This document shows positions 1-8,831 of a stretch of DNA of 57,991 nucleotides, piece after piece (position 1 is the first letter of the stretch; each line of letters begins with the position of its first letter). The notes under the pieces were generated by a model. That model was not told where the DNA came from and did no database searches. It saw nothing but the letters and a program-made list of their open reading frames with translations. Position numbers and translations under genes: made by a program. Origin of the DNA: a virus (taxonomy: Duplodnaviria > Caudoviricetes); IMG/VR virus record IMGVR_UViG_3300046780_000140, positions 1 to 57,991 of that record. The stretch is one strand, 5' to 3'.

Positions 1-721
1 AGGTAGTCACTAGAGGTCCCCGTGCGTTACATCTCAACGTGATCGAGCCGTCCGTCGCCCACAGGTGTCGCAAGAAAAGACGAGCCTGTTCCTCGCTGAT
101 CCCGAATATGGAAGAGGGGACAAACTTAGTCCATGCTCGTGACCCATTCAACCCATGCGGCTGCAACCAGTTCGACATCGGATGATGCACTCCATGAGTG
201 AGCCGGTATGGACTCGGGAACCACAGATTCCAAGTACGTCCCTTTATTTCCCCCTGGGTTTCAATCCCGAACAAGCGCCGAACTACCTCTTCGACTATCT
301 CCTTATTGGCTGGATCGGCTGTCGTATATTTAAATGATGGTCCCATAGACCCATCGCCAAGCATGTGTGCCATTAGGATCAGTTCATCATCTGACCACGA
401 TTCCTCAACCGTCGAGGGATTGGGGATGCGACGTGGTGTCGCAACGAACGACCCAACCTTGATCTGGTCAAGCCGAACCCACCCTTCTATGGAAAGGAAG
501 GGATGATTGGCTGTAGCTTCCACGGATCGCCCAGACGCCAACCTCAAGTTGAACACTGGCTTGATCCCAGTCGGAAATGTCTTCAGTAGACGGGCAGGTG
601 TGAGTCGTTGCCGGTCATCAACCGCCCACACCATCGGTTGGATTTGGTTGAGAACCAGATCACCAAGAGTTACCTCTTGTCCATTGTCGGCACGCAGCAC
701 GCGAGTAGACGCCGGCATACA
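1..721 (-). mobile_element. DnaB intein with LAGLIDADG-type endonuclease (partial)
   Basis: After DLKDSG the frame reads CMPASTRVLRADNG (block A), VEATANHPF (block B TxxH), LMAHMLGDGS and FLRHLWATDGS (endonuclease motifs); same site and similar sequence as the mycobacterial DnaB intein. Confidence 0.92.
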
Positions 722-1870
722 ACCCGAATCTTTCAGGTCGCTCATCGTCGGCCGTTTATCGCCACGCAACTCAAGACTCCGTGAAAGCGATGACAGTGCG
801 AGCACCGGGCAGTCCAGGTCGCGTGCCAACAGTTTCAATCCTTGGCTGATCCCCGCCACCCGCACCTGCTGGTTCTCCGCTTTAGCCGCGCCGGCCATCA
901 ACTGCAAATAGTCGACCACCACCAACCCGAGTCCGTTGTGGCGCAGTTTCTGGCGGCGACATTCCGCCATGATTTGTGTCACCGAACGGGCGTTGCCGTC
1001 CTCGATGAACAGCATCGGGGACGAAACCTGTTGCGCCTTGCCGATCCTCGGCCAGTCGGTGTCCACCAACCGGCCGGAGCGCAACCGGGCGAGGTCCACG
1101 TTCGCCTCGGATGCCGTGAGCCGGTCCATCACATCCAGTGACCCCATCTCCAACGAGAACACGAGAACAGGTCGGTGGAGTCCAATGGCGGTGTGCGCCG
1201 CGATGTTCATGGCAATAGCCGACTTACCCATCGAAGGTCTGGCCCCGAGGATCGTCAGGGACCCGTTCGCCAGACCGCCGATCACCGCGTCCAGATCGGG
1301 GAACCCGGTGGACAACCCACAGAGAGCGCCAGGGTCGGCGTAGCGGCGGTCCAGTTCGTCAAGGTAGGCGGGGTACAACTGCTCGGTGGACTGCGCCCCG
1401 ATCCGTCCCCCCGCCTCCATGTCGAACAGGTTGGTTCGGGCGAAGTCGAGCACCGTCGCCGGTTCCTCCCCGCCGTAGGCCCGGTCTGTCACCTCGGCCG
1501 CCAATTCGATCAGTCGGCGCAGCAGCGCGTGTTCCGCCACGACCGCCCCATACCGGCCCACGTTGCCCGTGGCGGGCGTGTTCACCTGAAGGTCGATGAG
1601 GATCATGGAACCGCCGACAGCGTCCAGCAGGGCCGTCCTACGAAGTTCGTCGGCCACGGTCACCGGGTCTACCGGGTCGCCCCGTTCCCGCAACGCTCGC
1701 ATCGCCGCGATGATGTGGCAGTGCGCCGGCTTGTAGCAGGCGTCGTCCTCGCAGACCGCCAGCCCGACATCAAGTGCTGTGGGGTCCAGGAGCATGGCTC
1801 CGAGTAGCGCCCGTTCGGCATCAAGGTTGTGGGGTGGGACACGCGCCCCGTTCCGTTCCGCCACCGTCAC
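1..1870 (-). CDS. dnaB: Replicative DNA helicase DnaB with intein (3'-truncated by window edge; absent from ORF track)
   Basis: Manual translation from GTG at 1870: RVPPHNLDAERALLGAMLL..., Walker A GARPSMGKS, FSLEMG, RGDKRPTMSDLKDSG; frame stays open to position 1. Confidence 0.95.
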   Translation of the reverse strand, partial: MTVAERNGARVPPHNLDAERALLGAMLLDPTALDVGLAVCEDDACYKPAHCHIIAAMRALRERGDPVDPVTVADELRRTALLDAVGGSMILIDLQVNTPATGNVGRYGAVVAEHALLRRLIELAAEVTDRAYGGEEPATVLDFARTNLFDMEAGGRIGAQSTEQLYPAYLDELDRRYADPGALCGLSTGFPDLDAVIGGLANGSLTILGARPSMGKSAIAMNIAAHTAIGLHRPVLVFSLEMGSLDVMDRLTASEANVDLARLRSGRLVDTDWPRIGKAQQVSSPMLFIEDGNARSVTQIMAECRRQKLRHNGLGLVVVDYLQLMAGAAKAENQQVRVAGISQGLKLLARDLDCPVLALSSLSRSLELRGDKRPTMSDLKDSGCMPASTRVLRADNGQEVTLGDLVLNQIQPMVWAVDDRQRLTPARLLKTFPTGIKPVFNLRLASGRSVEATANHPFLSIEGWVRLDQIKVGSFVATPRRIPNPSTVEESWSDDELILMAHMLGDGSMGPSFKYTTADPANKEIVEEVVRRLFGIETQGEIKGRTWNLWFPSPYRLTHGVHHPMSNWLQPHGLNGSRAWTKFVPSSIFGISEEQARLFLRHLWATDGSITLRCNARGPLVTT

Positions 1871-2178
1871 TCGCTGGCCGCCCTCATGGCTCGGAGGATC
1901 TGGCGGGCGGCGTCAGGTGGGGTCACCGACGATGCGGTTAGTTCACCGTGCGCCGGTTGGCGTCGAGCCACCGAGCAGTACGTTTCGTAGTACCGGGCGT
2001 AGGAGGGGGCGAACACGTCGCTGGAGATGAGCAGGTCGAACGCCTCGGCCGCGATCGGTTGCTCTTGGCGAAGCATCCGGGGAATCCAGATCCGTTCGAT
2101 GCTCTCATCCGTCAGCGCCTCCCGCGGCCATGCGCAACTCACGAGACTCAGCAGGGACAGCGCTTCCAAATCGGTCAT
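1867..2178 (-). CDS. Putative helicase loader/inhibitor (G39P-like)
   Basis: MTDLEALSLLSLVSCAWP...IW...FAPS pattern; GGAGG RBS before ATG 2178; lies between initiator and dnaB. Confidence 0.6.
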   Translation of the reverse strand: MTDLEALSLLSLVSCAWPREALTDESIERIWIPRMLRQEQPIAAEAFDLLISSDVFAPSYARYYETYCSVARRQPAHGELTASSVTPPDAARQILRAMRAASE

Positions 2179-2977
2179 CGTTTCCTCCTGTCGGTTGCGG
2201 CAACAAACCTCGCCGCGCGGCTGCACGTCTGATCGCATCGAAACCCTTCGGTTCGGCGCGGGCCCCATTCCCGTTCGACGCCTTCGGGGGCAGCGGATCG
2301 TTCGCCCAACACTCGCCGTTGAGCCACGTCGACGCCCGTTTCGTGTAGGCATCATCGCGGTTCGGGTCGTTGGCATAGGTGAGAGCCGCAGAGATGAGCA
2401 GTTCGGGGTCGGCTTCCGGTCGCTTGGTTGCCTTCGCCCATGCTGTCTCTGCGATCTTGCGGTCGAGGTGCAACGGGTAGACGTTCCAGAACCGATCAAA
2501 GTCGCCCTCTGAGTTTCTAGATCTTTTCAAGTCTATAAGAGAGGCGCGTTCCAGTGTGCCGGAAGGATTTTCCATTGTCGTGGAATCTCGTTCCAGTGTG
2601 CCGGAATCCGGTGCACGATTTTCCAGTGTGCCGGAATCCGATGGCGAGGGGGACCTTGGGGCCGTCCGCACACCCTTTGACCTGCGTTTTTCCAGCACAC
2701 TGGAATCTGGTAGTTCGCCTCGGGCCTTCGGAACGAAAAGGCGCCCGTTCGGTTGTTTAACCACTGCTCCGACCTTGATGAGCACCTGGACCCCGGCATA
2801 GACAGTGCTCTTGCCGATGCCAGTAGCCTCAATCAGCGCCGACATTGATCGCCCGGCATCCCACCCATACATTGAGAGGGCGACGTACAGGCTCAGGATC
2901 GTCGGCGTGACCTCGGGTGAACGGTAGACCCACAAAGGGACCATTGAGAACGGGTTCTGGTCTACTCCGTTGCTCAC
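2105..2977 (-). CDS. Phage replication initiator protein (N-terminal HTH)
   Basis: N-terminal HTH (LIEATGIGKSTVYAGVQVL), C-terminal FDRFWNVYP...ASTWLNGECW motif, internal iterons. Confidence 0.8.
   Translation of the reverse strand: MSNGVDQNPFSMVPLWVYRSPEVTPTILSLYVALSMYGWDAGRSMSALIEATGIGKSTVYAGVQVLIKVGAVVKQPNGRLFVPKARGELPDSSVLEKRRSKGVRTAPRSPSPSDSGTLENRAPDSGTLERDSTTMENPSGTLERASLIDLKRSRNSEGDFDRFWNVYPLHLDRKIAETAWAKATKRPEADPELLISAALTYANDPNRDDAYTKRASTWLNGECWANDPLPPKASNGNGARAEPKGFDAIRRAAARRGLLPQPTGGNDDRFGSAVPAESRELRMAAGGADG
2549..2705. repeat. Five 16-bp quasi-palindromic iterons TTCCA-N6-YGGAA (putative replication origin)
   Basis: TTCCAGTGTGCCGGAA at 2549, 2591, 2621; variants at 2570 and 2690; AT-rich tract at about 2511-2540. 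Confidence 0.8.
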
Positions 2978-3279
2978 GCCACCCTCCCCCGACGCCGCAT
3001 GAGGGTCCGTTCACGGTCGTCCGTGCCGCCCCAGATGCCGACCTCGCCGTTCTCCAACGCGTACTGGAGGCAACGGTCGCGGACAGGGCAACCGCGGCAG
3101 ACAACCTTGCATGCCTCGACCTGCGTCCGCAACGCCAACATCTGCGCCCGGCTTCGCACCCCTGGTGCCTCGTCGTGAGGGTGGAACATGCCCGGCGGCG
3201 ACCCTTTGCAGGCCCCGTCGTTCTTCCATTCGTTCGCCAACCTGTCAGCGATGTCGTAAGATGGGTACCGATTCCTCAA
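2974..3279 (-). CDS. whiB: WhiB family transcriptional regulator
   Basis: W..GAC...F..., CRGCPVRDRC, GIWGG motif. Confidence 0.93.
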   Translation of the reverse strand: MRNRYPSYDIADRLANEWKNDGACKGSPPGMFHPHDEAPGVRSRAQMLALRTQVEACKVVCRGCPVRDRCLQYALENGEVGIWGGTDDRERTLMRRRGRVA

Positions 3280-3402
3280 TGGTCCTCCGCTCGTTCCGGA
3301 TGGGCCGTCTTAGCGAAGACTCCGACCCCGAGCTGGTAACTCGGGGTCCTTCGTTGTCTAGACCCGTATGTGTGCCGCGTCGGACGCGGATGTGGCAACC
3401 AT

Positions 3403-3629
3403 CCTAGACCCTACGGTGGAAGGGGACAAGGGCCATCTTGACCTGCTAAACTCGTCAAGGATCAAGGTCAGCGGACAATCCCGACGGTCGCGACTCGGGT
3501 AAAGAACGCTGGCTGGGACTGAGCGGCGTTACGATAGTGGTCTTAATCGGCACCAGAGGGTGCAACCCGCAAGGGTTCGTGGGTTCAAATCCCACCCCAT
3601 TCAATCCCGATCCCTAGACCCTACGGTGG
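3403..3629. repeat. 17-bp direct repeat CCTAGACCCTACGGTGG (3403-3419 and 3613-3629)
   Basis: Exact duplication flanking the tRNA-like element. Confidence 0.85.
3521..3603 (+). ncRNA. tRNA-like element or pseudo-tRNA (long variable arm, shortened anticodon arm)
   Basis: D arm CGAT-AGTGGTCTTA-ATCG, variable arm AACCC-GCAA-GGGTT, T arm GTGGG-TTCAAAT-CCCAC; anticodon arm only GCACC-AGAG-GGTGC; acceptor stem poorly paired. Confidence 0.65.
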
Positions 3630-3830
3630 CGGCGCTCCAGAGGGAGAATCGGCCCGGCCGGCGCAGTTCACCAACTCCGTCAACCGTTCCACTTCCCCGA
3701 TCAGCGCGTACACATCGTCCGTGGATGCTCTCAGCCATGCACGGGCTTCCGGCCAATCGCAGTCATCAGCATAGGCGGCTTCCTGGCGGCGGTGCCTGAT
3801 CGCGGGAAGGTCGATCATAACCCGCTGCAA
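3621..3830 (-). CDS. Hypothetical protein
   Basis: DVYALIGEVERL motif common in small phage proteins; fits minus-strand gene tiling. Confidence 0.5.
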   Translation of the reverse strand: MQRVMIDLPAIRHRRQEAAYADDCDWPEARAWLRASTDDVYALIGEVERLTELVNCAGRADSPSGAPPP

Positions 3831-4204
3831 TAGCGGCGCTCATGCCACTGGTCGAATGTCTCGCTCCGACCACCCAATCGGGAGTTTTCTTGAGCGCTTA
3901 TAACCCGGAGATTGGCAGGGTCGTTGTTGTGACCGTTGCCGTCGACATGATGGACCACCAGTCTGGTACGTGCCACGGTATCCGTGTCCGGGTTTCCGTC
4001 AGGTGCCGAACGAAGGAACGCCGGTTCTCTTGTCAACCAAGCGCGGGAGAGAGCGAACCAATCCCGAACGACATCCTCCGTCCTCTGCGATTCCTCCGCG
4101 CCCGCGGGGCGACATCTCATCCCGTCTGCGAGGTTGTCGTCGCCACCGCGGACCAGTTCGTCGGCGTCAGCAAGCCAACGGTCAAGGGCGGGACGCTCAG
4201 TCAT
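3815..4204 (-). CDS. Protein with C-terminal HNH motif
   Basis: VVHHVDGNGHNNDPANLRVISAQEN. Confidence 0.65.
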   Translation of the reverse strand: MTERPALDRWLADADELVRGGDDNLADGMRCRPAGAEESQRTEDVVRDWFALSRAWLTREPAFLRSAPDGNPDTDTVARTRLVVHHVDGNGHNNDPANLRVISAQENSRLGGRSETFDQWHERRYCSGL

Positions 4205-4509
4205 CCGTCGGTTCCTTTATCGGTTTTCGCCCACCGGGCATTAGCCGCGTTCCGTGCTATCTCGACTCGGCGGTTGGTTGACAGGACTTCAGCCCGCGCC
4301 CGTCCACCTTTGGCGGGATCAGTGCGGTGGATGGCGTAGCCGAGACGGACGAGTTCATCCACTAGGACCACGCCCATTTGAGCGGATTCATATTTTGGGT
4401 GAGTGACTGTCTTAGCGATAGAGATGGCCGTCTCGACGGCTTCGGTGAGGTCGCTCACGGTCGGTCCAGTGTCTCGCAGATGACCTCGGTGATCGCTTGG
4501 GATGCCCAC
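4201..4509 (-). CDS. Small basic putative DNA-binding protein (true start probably GTG near 4458)
   Basis: C-terminal GGRARAEVLSTNRRVEIARNAANARW motif. Confidence 0.6.
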   Translation of the reverse strand: MGIPSDHRGHLRDTGPTVSDLTEAVETAISIAKTVTHPKYESAQMGVVLVDELVRLGYAIHRTDPAKGGRARAEVLSTNRRVEIARNAANARWAKTDKGTDG

Positions 4510-4712
4510 GACTCGGGCGTCATCCCCTTATCCTTGATTGCCGCTGCCACCCAAAGCGGAATGGCGACCTGCACGATGCAAGTGTCCATCTCGTCATCCT
4601 CATGCTGCGCTGCGAAGTGGAGATCCATCGCTTCGATGCTCTTGCTGTTGGCGCCGCAGATGGAGCACTTGTGGAAGGTGGTTTCGATGCGGACGGTGGA
4701 GTTGGTGGGCAT
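4455..4712 (-). CDS. C2H2 zinc-finger-like protein, in frame within the 3' end of the DpdA-like ORF
   Basis: CSIC...HFAAQH; its own consensus promoter ends 6 nt before ATG 4712. Confidence 0.55.
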   Translation of the reverse strand: MPTNSTVRIETTFHKCSICGANSKSIEAMDLHFAAQHEDDEMDTCIVQVAIPLWVAAAIKDKGMTPESWASQAITEVICETLDRP

Positions 4713-5534
4713 GAGTCCATAGTACATGCTCGGGTAAGCATCGTCAAGAGGAAATCTGGCGAGAACAGACGAAGATGGTCGCAGCGGGGTTCCTGACCAC
4801 GATGATCCCGAAATGGCGTCACGATGCACGGGAAGCGAAGGGTGTTCGAAAGTGCTCATGCCTGGCAACATCTGCGAGCACTCCAACCCGTACAACCATC
4901 TGCCCAGTTCGCCAGCCCCTCGCTCAGACCGAGAGGTCGCATGGTCCTCGGCCAGTTTGCGGCGCCGGAACCGGAGGAACGTGCCATCGGCGCTGTTGCA
5001 TCCCATCGCCCGCGCCCGCTCCATCTTCCAGCGACTGTTAACGCGTCCCATATGCACCCACTTGCCGTGGTTGCGGGCTTGCTGGCAGAGGCCCTCGGCT
5101 TCCCTGCTGATCTTCCACTCCTGCCTCGGATGAGCCTCGTTGCGCTTCCCGCCCACGAATAGGACATCGAATGCCTCCCACGGCCACACAAGCCGCTCTG
5201 CGCCGTCCTGGGCGACCAAGGCGACAGGGAACCCCATCTCCCGGATGATCCCCGCGAACTCCATGCCGCGGCGCAACGATTCGACGGCGTCCGGGTAGCA
5301 GTCTGGTGACACAGCGTAAAGGCAGCGGTCACGGGGAACGGTGTCAAGCCAGTCAAGGTAGATGTCGGCGTCCGAGAAACCCATGCCGATGTCCGCCCCA
5401 TGCCACGGGTAGCGGGGGACACGGCGCATGTATCCGTTCGTGAACCGGGTTATGACGAGTCCGACGCCAGCGGCGATCAGTCTCGGTTCGTCCTCATCAT
5501 TCGTCGCCCCCGTCAAGTAGATGATGGCGATCAC
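4455..5534 (-). CDS. dpdA: DpdA-like 7-deazaguanine DNA transglycosylase (TGT-like)
   Basis: AVSPDCYPDA, ALVAQDG, FDVLFVGG, WVHMGRVNS, CNSADGTFL motifs; adjacent QueF-like and VUT genes; GTG start overlaps upstream stop. Confidence 0.75.
   Translation of the reverse strand: MIAIIYLTGATNDEDEPRLIAAGVGLVITRFTNGYMRRVPRYPWHGADIGMGFSDADIYLDWLDTVPRDRCLYAVSPDCYPDAVESLRRGMEFAGIIREMGFPVALVAQDGAERLVWPWEAFDVLFVGGKRNEAHPRQEWKISREAEGLCQQARNHGKWVHMGRVNSRWKMERARAMGCNSADGTFLRFRRRKLAEDHATSRSERGAGELGRWLYGLECSQMLPGMSTFEHPSLPVHRDAISGSSWSGTPLRPSSSVLARFPLDDAYPSMYYGLMPTNSTVRIETTFHKCSICGANSKSIEAMDLHFAAQHEDDEMDTCIVQVAIPLWVAAAIKDKGMTPESWASQAITEVICETLDRP
4719..4747 (-). promoter_or_regulatory. sigmaA-type promoter, leaderless
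   Basis: TTGACG-17 nt-TACTAT-6 nt-ATG. Confidence 0.75.
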
Positions 5535-5776
5535 GCCGTCACTTCCACATGGAGGCCCGAAGTCGTCCACCATGTTGTCACTTCGGCGCCAGTGTGCTTC
5601 GCTATCTCTTGGGTCAGAACCTCATGGGTGACCACCTGATCTGTGAAGGACCGGAGGTATTCGGCCAGCGCCGCCAGCTCGGTCGGCTCCGAATAGACGA
5701 GACGCACATGGCCGATGTCGATCTCGTCCTTGAAGGGACACAGATGGGATATCTGAGCCGTGACAGTGATCCTCAC
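5531..5776 (-). CDS. QueF-like (T-fold) protein
   Basis: HLCPFKDEID...ELAALAEYLRSF...THEVLTQEI...GLHVEV; GTG at 5776 overlaps VUT stop. Confidence 0.72.
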   Translation of the reverse strand: MRITVTAQISHLCPFKDEIDIGHVRLVYSEPTELAALAEYLRSFTDQVVTHEVLTQEIAKHTGAEVTTWWTTSGLHVEVTA

Positions 5777-6342
5777 GCTGCGACAACCCGCTGGCGTGGT
5801 AGGTGTCGTCGGACGGTGTAAGCGACCGGCGTGGCGAGCGCCACCACTATGGCCTTGACGAGTCCCAACTGCCACCACCCCGAATACGAACGGAACGCCA
5901 GTTTCACGAACACCGCCGAGTCGACCAGCGAACCGATCCAACCGGAGATGACCACGGCCCGCAGAAACATGCGATCAGCGAGAGGCGTGTAAATCAATGC
6001 GTCCATTGTCTCGGAGATAGCGAAGGCGCAGCCTGACGCTACCGCCAAAGCGGGCGAGGCGAGCCACCATGAGAGGATGGTGCCGAGAGCAATAGCGAAC
6101 CACGTCCAACGTCGACCAAGAACGAGCTGGGCGACATCCCTGAGCACGAATGCCAGCCCGACCCATACGACACCGGAGGCGACTGGTCCGAGTCCCGGAA
6201 CATGCCAGAATCCGAAATGCTTGAGCCAAGCATTCGCGATAGGAATGGTGGCAATAAAGGCGATCAGCGTCGTCCATCCGGTGCGCTTCATTGGCGATTC
6301 TTCGGTGGTCATAATGCCCCTCATTCTAGTCGGTCGATTCAT
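5773..6342 (-). CDS. VUT/YhhQ family queuosine-precursor transporter
   Basis: Multi-TM protein with GLAFVLRDVAQ, AFAISETMDALIYTPL, GSLVDSAVF. Confidence 0.85.
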   Translation of the reverse strand: MNRPTRMRGIMTTEESPMKRTGWTTLIAFIATIPIANAWLKHFGFWHVPGLGPVASGVVWVGLAFVLRDVAQLVLGRRWTWFAIALGTILSWWLASPALAVASGCAFAISETMDALIYTPLADRMFLRAVVISGWIGSLVDSAVFVKLAFRSYSGWWQLGLVKAIVVALATPVAYTVRRHLPRQRVVAA

Positions 6343-6640
6343 CGCTTCCCCTCGTACAGCGTTCGGGCCTCGCTCGACAGCCGTTTCAGGTTCTCGATCA
6401 CTTCCGGCGCCAAGTCTCGGCGGTAGGCGACAAGGGAACAGTAGGAGTCGACGCGGACCAGGAAGTCACGATCCACCATGATCCTGTCCGCGGCGACGGC
6501 ATAGTCCGTTGGTGCCACAATCGGGGCACGGTACGCGGGGGTCGGCGGGAGAGGCGCTGCCCTTCCTTGACCGAATCCCGTCCCTCGATATGGCGGCTCG
6601 GGCCATCTGCTGCGAGGCGGGCGAGGTTTGCGGCGCCACT

Positions 6641-6967
6641 TCATACGGTCCCGATCCACACGCGGGCATAGTCGGCATGGTCGTACAAATCGCTCCACCA
6701 GCCGTCGAACTCGTCCACGTCTTCGGCCTCAGCCAAGTGGCAGTCGATAATCTCCCGAACACCGTCGAGCTCATCGGGGTCGGCGTCGATGTACCAGCGT
6801 GACATTTTGAGCCTCGCCACGATCGCATCCCGTCGCTGCTCGAAGGTGATCGACTTGTCGTGGAATACGTCCTTGAGGTCGATCTTCTCCGACCAGATCG
6901 GTTTCCCTGCCGCCCTCAAATCTGCCGCTAGGTGGAGCATCGCCACCTTGTGATCCGGGGTGGTCAC
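6641..6967 (-). CDS. Hypothetical protein
   Basis: FDGWWSDLYDHADYARVWI ending typical of small phage proteins; start overlaps upstream stop. Confidence 0.6.
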   Translation of the reverse strand: MTTPDHKVAMLHLAADLRAAGKPIWSEKIDLKDVFHDKSITFEQRRDAIVARLKMSRWYIDADPDELDGVREIIDCHLAEAEDVDEFDGWWSDLYDHADYARVWIGTV

Positions 6968-8205
6968 GACGCCGCGCCGAGGTTCAATGCGAGAGCTTCC
7001 GTCGCCACTTTGGCTCGCAACTTCTCGAGGCGCAGCCGCAGGTCCCCGTCAGACTCGTCCTTCGACACGCGTCCCTTCGGGTCCAGGTCCACGATCGCGG
7101 TCACCAGGTCTGCTCGGTCCATGTCGGCAGGGGCCGGGATCGGGGTCTGTGCGGCTTGCTGTGGCGTTTGCGGGGGCTCGGGGGCAGTGGTGGTGGGGGA
7201 AGGCGCAGAAGGGGGCTGAGGGGTGGCTATGGCGTCAACAGGTTCCCATCCGGCCACGAAGGTCACAGCCTCGTCGAAACGGTCGGCGGTCAGGTTCGTC
7301 GGTGCCCCGAACTTGGCCCGGAACGCCCGCATGCAGTCGGCCACCCGCGACGACGGGCGCAGAGCGTTGATCCGTTCCATGAGCGCCCCGAGGTCTGGTG
7401 GCGGCTCCGTCCTTGACGGCTCGTCGTCCGATGGCTCAGGGTCGTGCGGCTCCCCGGTGCCGAGCGCCGGAACCGGGGCCGGCGCGCCTAGAGCGGAAGG
7501 TGCCGCACCTTGGCCGATGGCGATACCAGCGGTTCCCGCCATGATCGACTCGGTGGTCACCGAATGAAGCGCCAGGACAGGCACCCCGAAGTGACGGGTC
7601 TGGCCTTGGTCGATGTCGGTCCGCTGCTCGATGATGAGCGAGGCGGGGATGAGCCGCAGGTTCTCCAACGCCCCTTCCAACAGGTCGACGGTACCGGGCA
7701 TCTCGATCCCAGCGTGCAGGCTGGACGTGGTGACCCGCCACACGCCGACATCGGGCAGGCGGGGCAGCACGACGCTCAACCGGGTCATCGCCTTGCACGC
7801 CTTCCCGCGGCCGGCGAGCGCCGAACGTTCGGCCAGATCGGCGGGGCATTTGCAGACCTCGCCGTCCTCCGTCGTCGCACCGCTGCACCGTCGCAGGCAT
7901 CCGCCGCCCGACCACATCTCCCACGACTGGCTCAACGAACCGGGCGGGATCAGCACATCCAACGTGTCGACATCGGTGTACAACTCCCACTGGATCCCTT
8001 CGCCCGGTGCGTCCACCCACTGCCGTACCTCCCCGCCGTACAACTCGGCGGCATGAATGAGAAGGACCTGCGACGGGGAGGTCATCCGCCACTCACTCAA
8101 CTTGTGGGGCCGAGACTTGTTGTTGCTTGTCGGCACCTTGTCACCTGTCCGCAACCGACCAAGTTCCCTCAGCCGGCGCGGCAGCCCGAGTCCCATCCCC
8201 GTCAT
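6964..8205 (-). CDS. Gp3-like recombination directionality factor family protein
   Basis: ELGRLRTG, WEMWSGGGCLRRCSG, CKAMTRLSVVLP..PDVGVWRVTTSS; ATGA overlap at 8202-8205. Confidence 0.75.
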   Translation of the reverse strand: MTGMGLGLPRRLRELGRLRTGDKVPTSNNKSRPHKLSEWRMTSPSQVLLIHAAELYGGEVRQWVDAPGEGIQWELYTDVDTLDVLIPPGSLSQSWEMWSGGGCLRRCSGATTEDGEVCKCPADLAERSALAGRGKACKAMTRLSVVLPRLPDVGVWRVTTSSLHAGIEMPGTVDLLEGALENLRLIPASLIIEQRTDIDQGQTRHFGVPVLALHSVTTESIMAGTAGIAIGQGAAPSALGAPAPVPALGTGEPHDPEPSDDEPSRTEPPPDLGALMERINALRPSSRVADCMRAFRAKFGAPTNLTADRFDEAVTFVAGWEPVDAIATPQPPSAPSPTTTAPEPPQTPQQAAQTPIPAPADMDRADLVTAIVDLDPKGRVSKDESDGDLRLRLEKLRAKVATEALALNLGAAS

Positions 8206-8831
8206 ACCAATCCCCCTGTCCTCGTTTGCCGTTCTTGGATGTAGACCTCGACCAGCGCCGCCCGCATCGCCTCGATGCCGTCCGGTACCGACAGGTCGCG
8301 GGTCACCAGTTCGTAGTTGACGACACCCCACCCTTCCTTGGCTACCGCCTCCCGAATCACGTCTTCGACGGTGGCCGAACCCGGCTCGATCGTGGGCTCG
8401 CAGCGGGTGAGCCGAACATCGACTCCCGGATTCCCCGGATTATCCGGGTGTGTGCGAACCCCGACCAGTTCGCATCGCCATTCGACACCCGCCGCCAGGT
8501 CGGGTGCGATGCGGGCAGCGACAGCGCGGGGAAGATGGCCGAGCATGGACGGCACCACGTCACCGAAATGGACTTCGACGGCGTTGCGGTCGTACTCGTT
8601 GTCGGGACGGTGGCGCAGCAGGCCCGGAACGGGTGACGGGTTGTCGGGGTCATCCCAATACCTCTCGCTCAGCAGGCGTTCCAGGTGGCGCACGTTGAGC
8701 GGGTATCCGTCCACGAAGGACATGCCGACGAGTGCCACCGAGACGACATCCGGCAGGTTTGCGGGGATGGTGCGACGGCTCAGCACCCGTTCACGCTCGG
8801 CAGCGATCCGCTCCGCAGTCCAGTGGCTCAC
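8202..8831 (-). CDS. HIRAN domain protein
   Basis: VALVGMSF, RHRPDNEYDRNAVEVH, LGHLPRAVAARIAP. Confidence 0.8.
   Translation of the reverse strand: MSHWTAERIAAERERVLSRRTIPANLPDVVSVALVGMSFVDGYPLNVRHLERLLSERYWDDPDNPSPVPGLLRHRPDNEYDRNAVEVHFGDVVPSMLGHLPRAVAARIAPDLAAGVEWRCELVGVRTHPDNPGNPGVDVRLTRCEPTIEPGSATVEDVIREAVAKEGWGVVNYELVTRDLSVPDGIEAMRAALVEVYIQERQTRTGGLV

Noticed and set aside
3521-3603. Functional tRNA or attP site
   Set aside because: No 7-nt anticodon loop, weak acceptor stem, no CCA, and no integrase in the window
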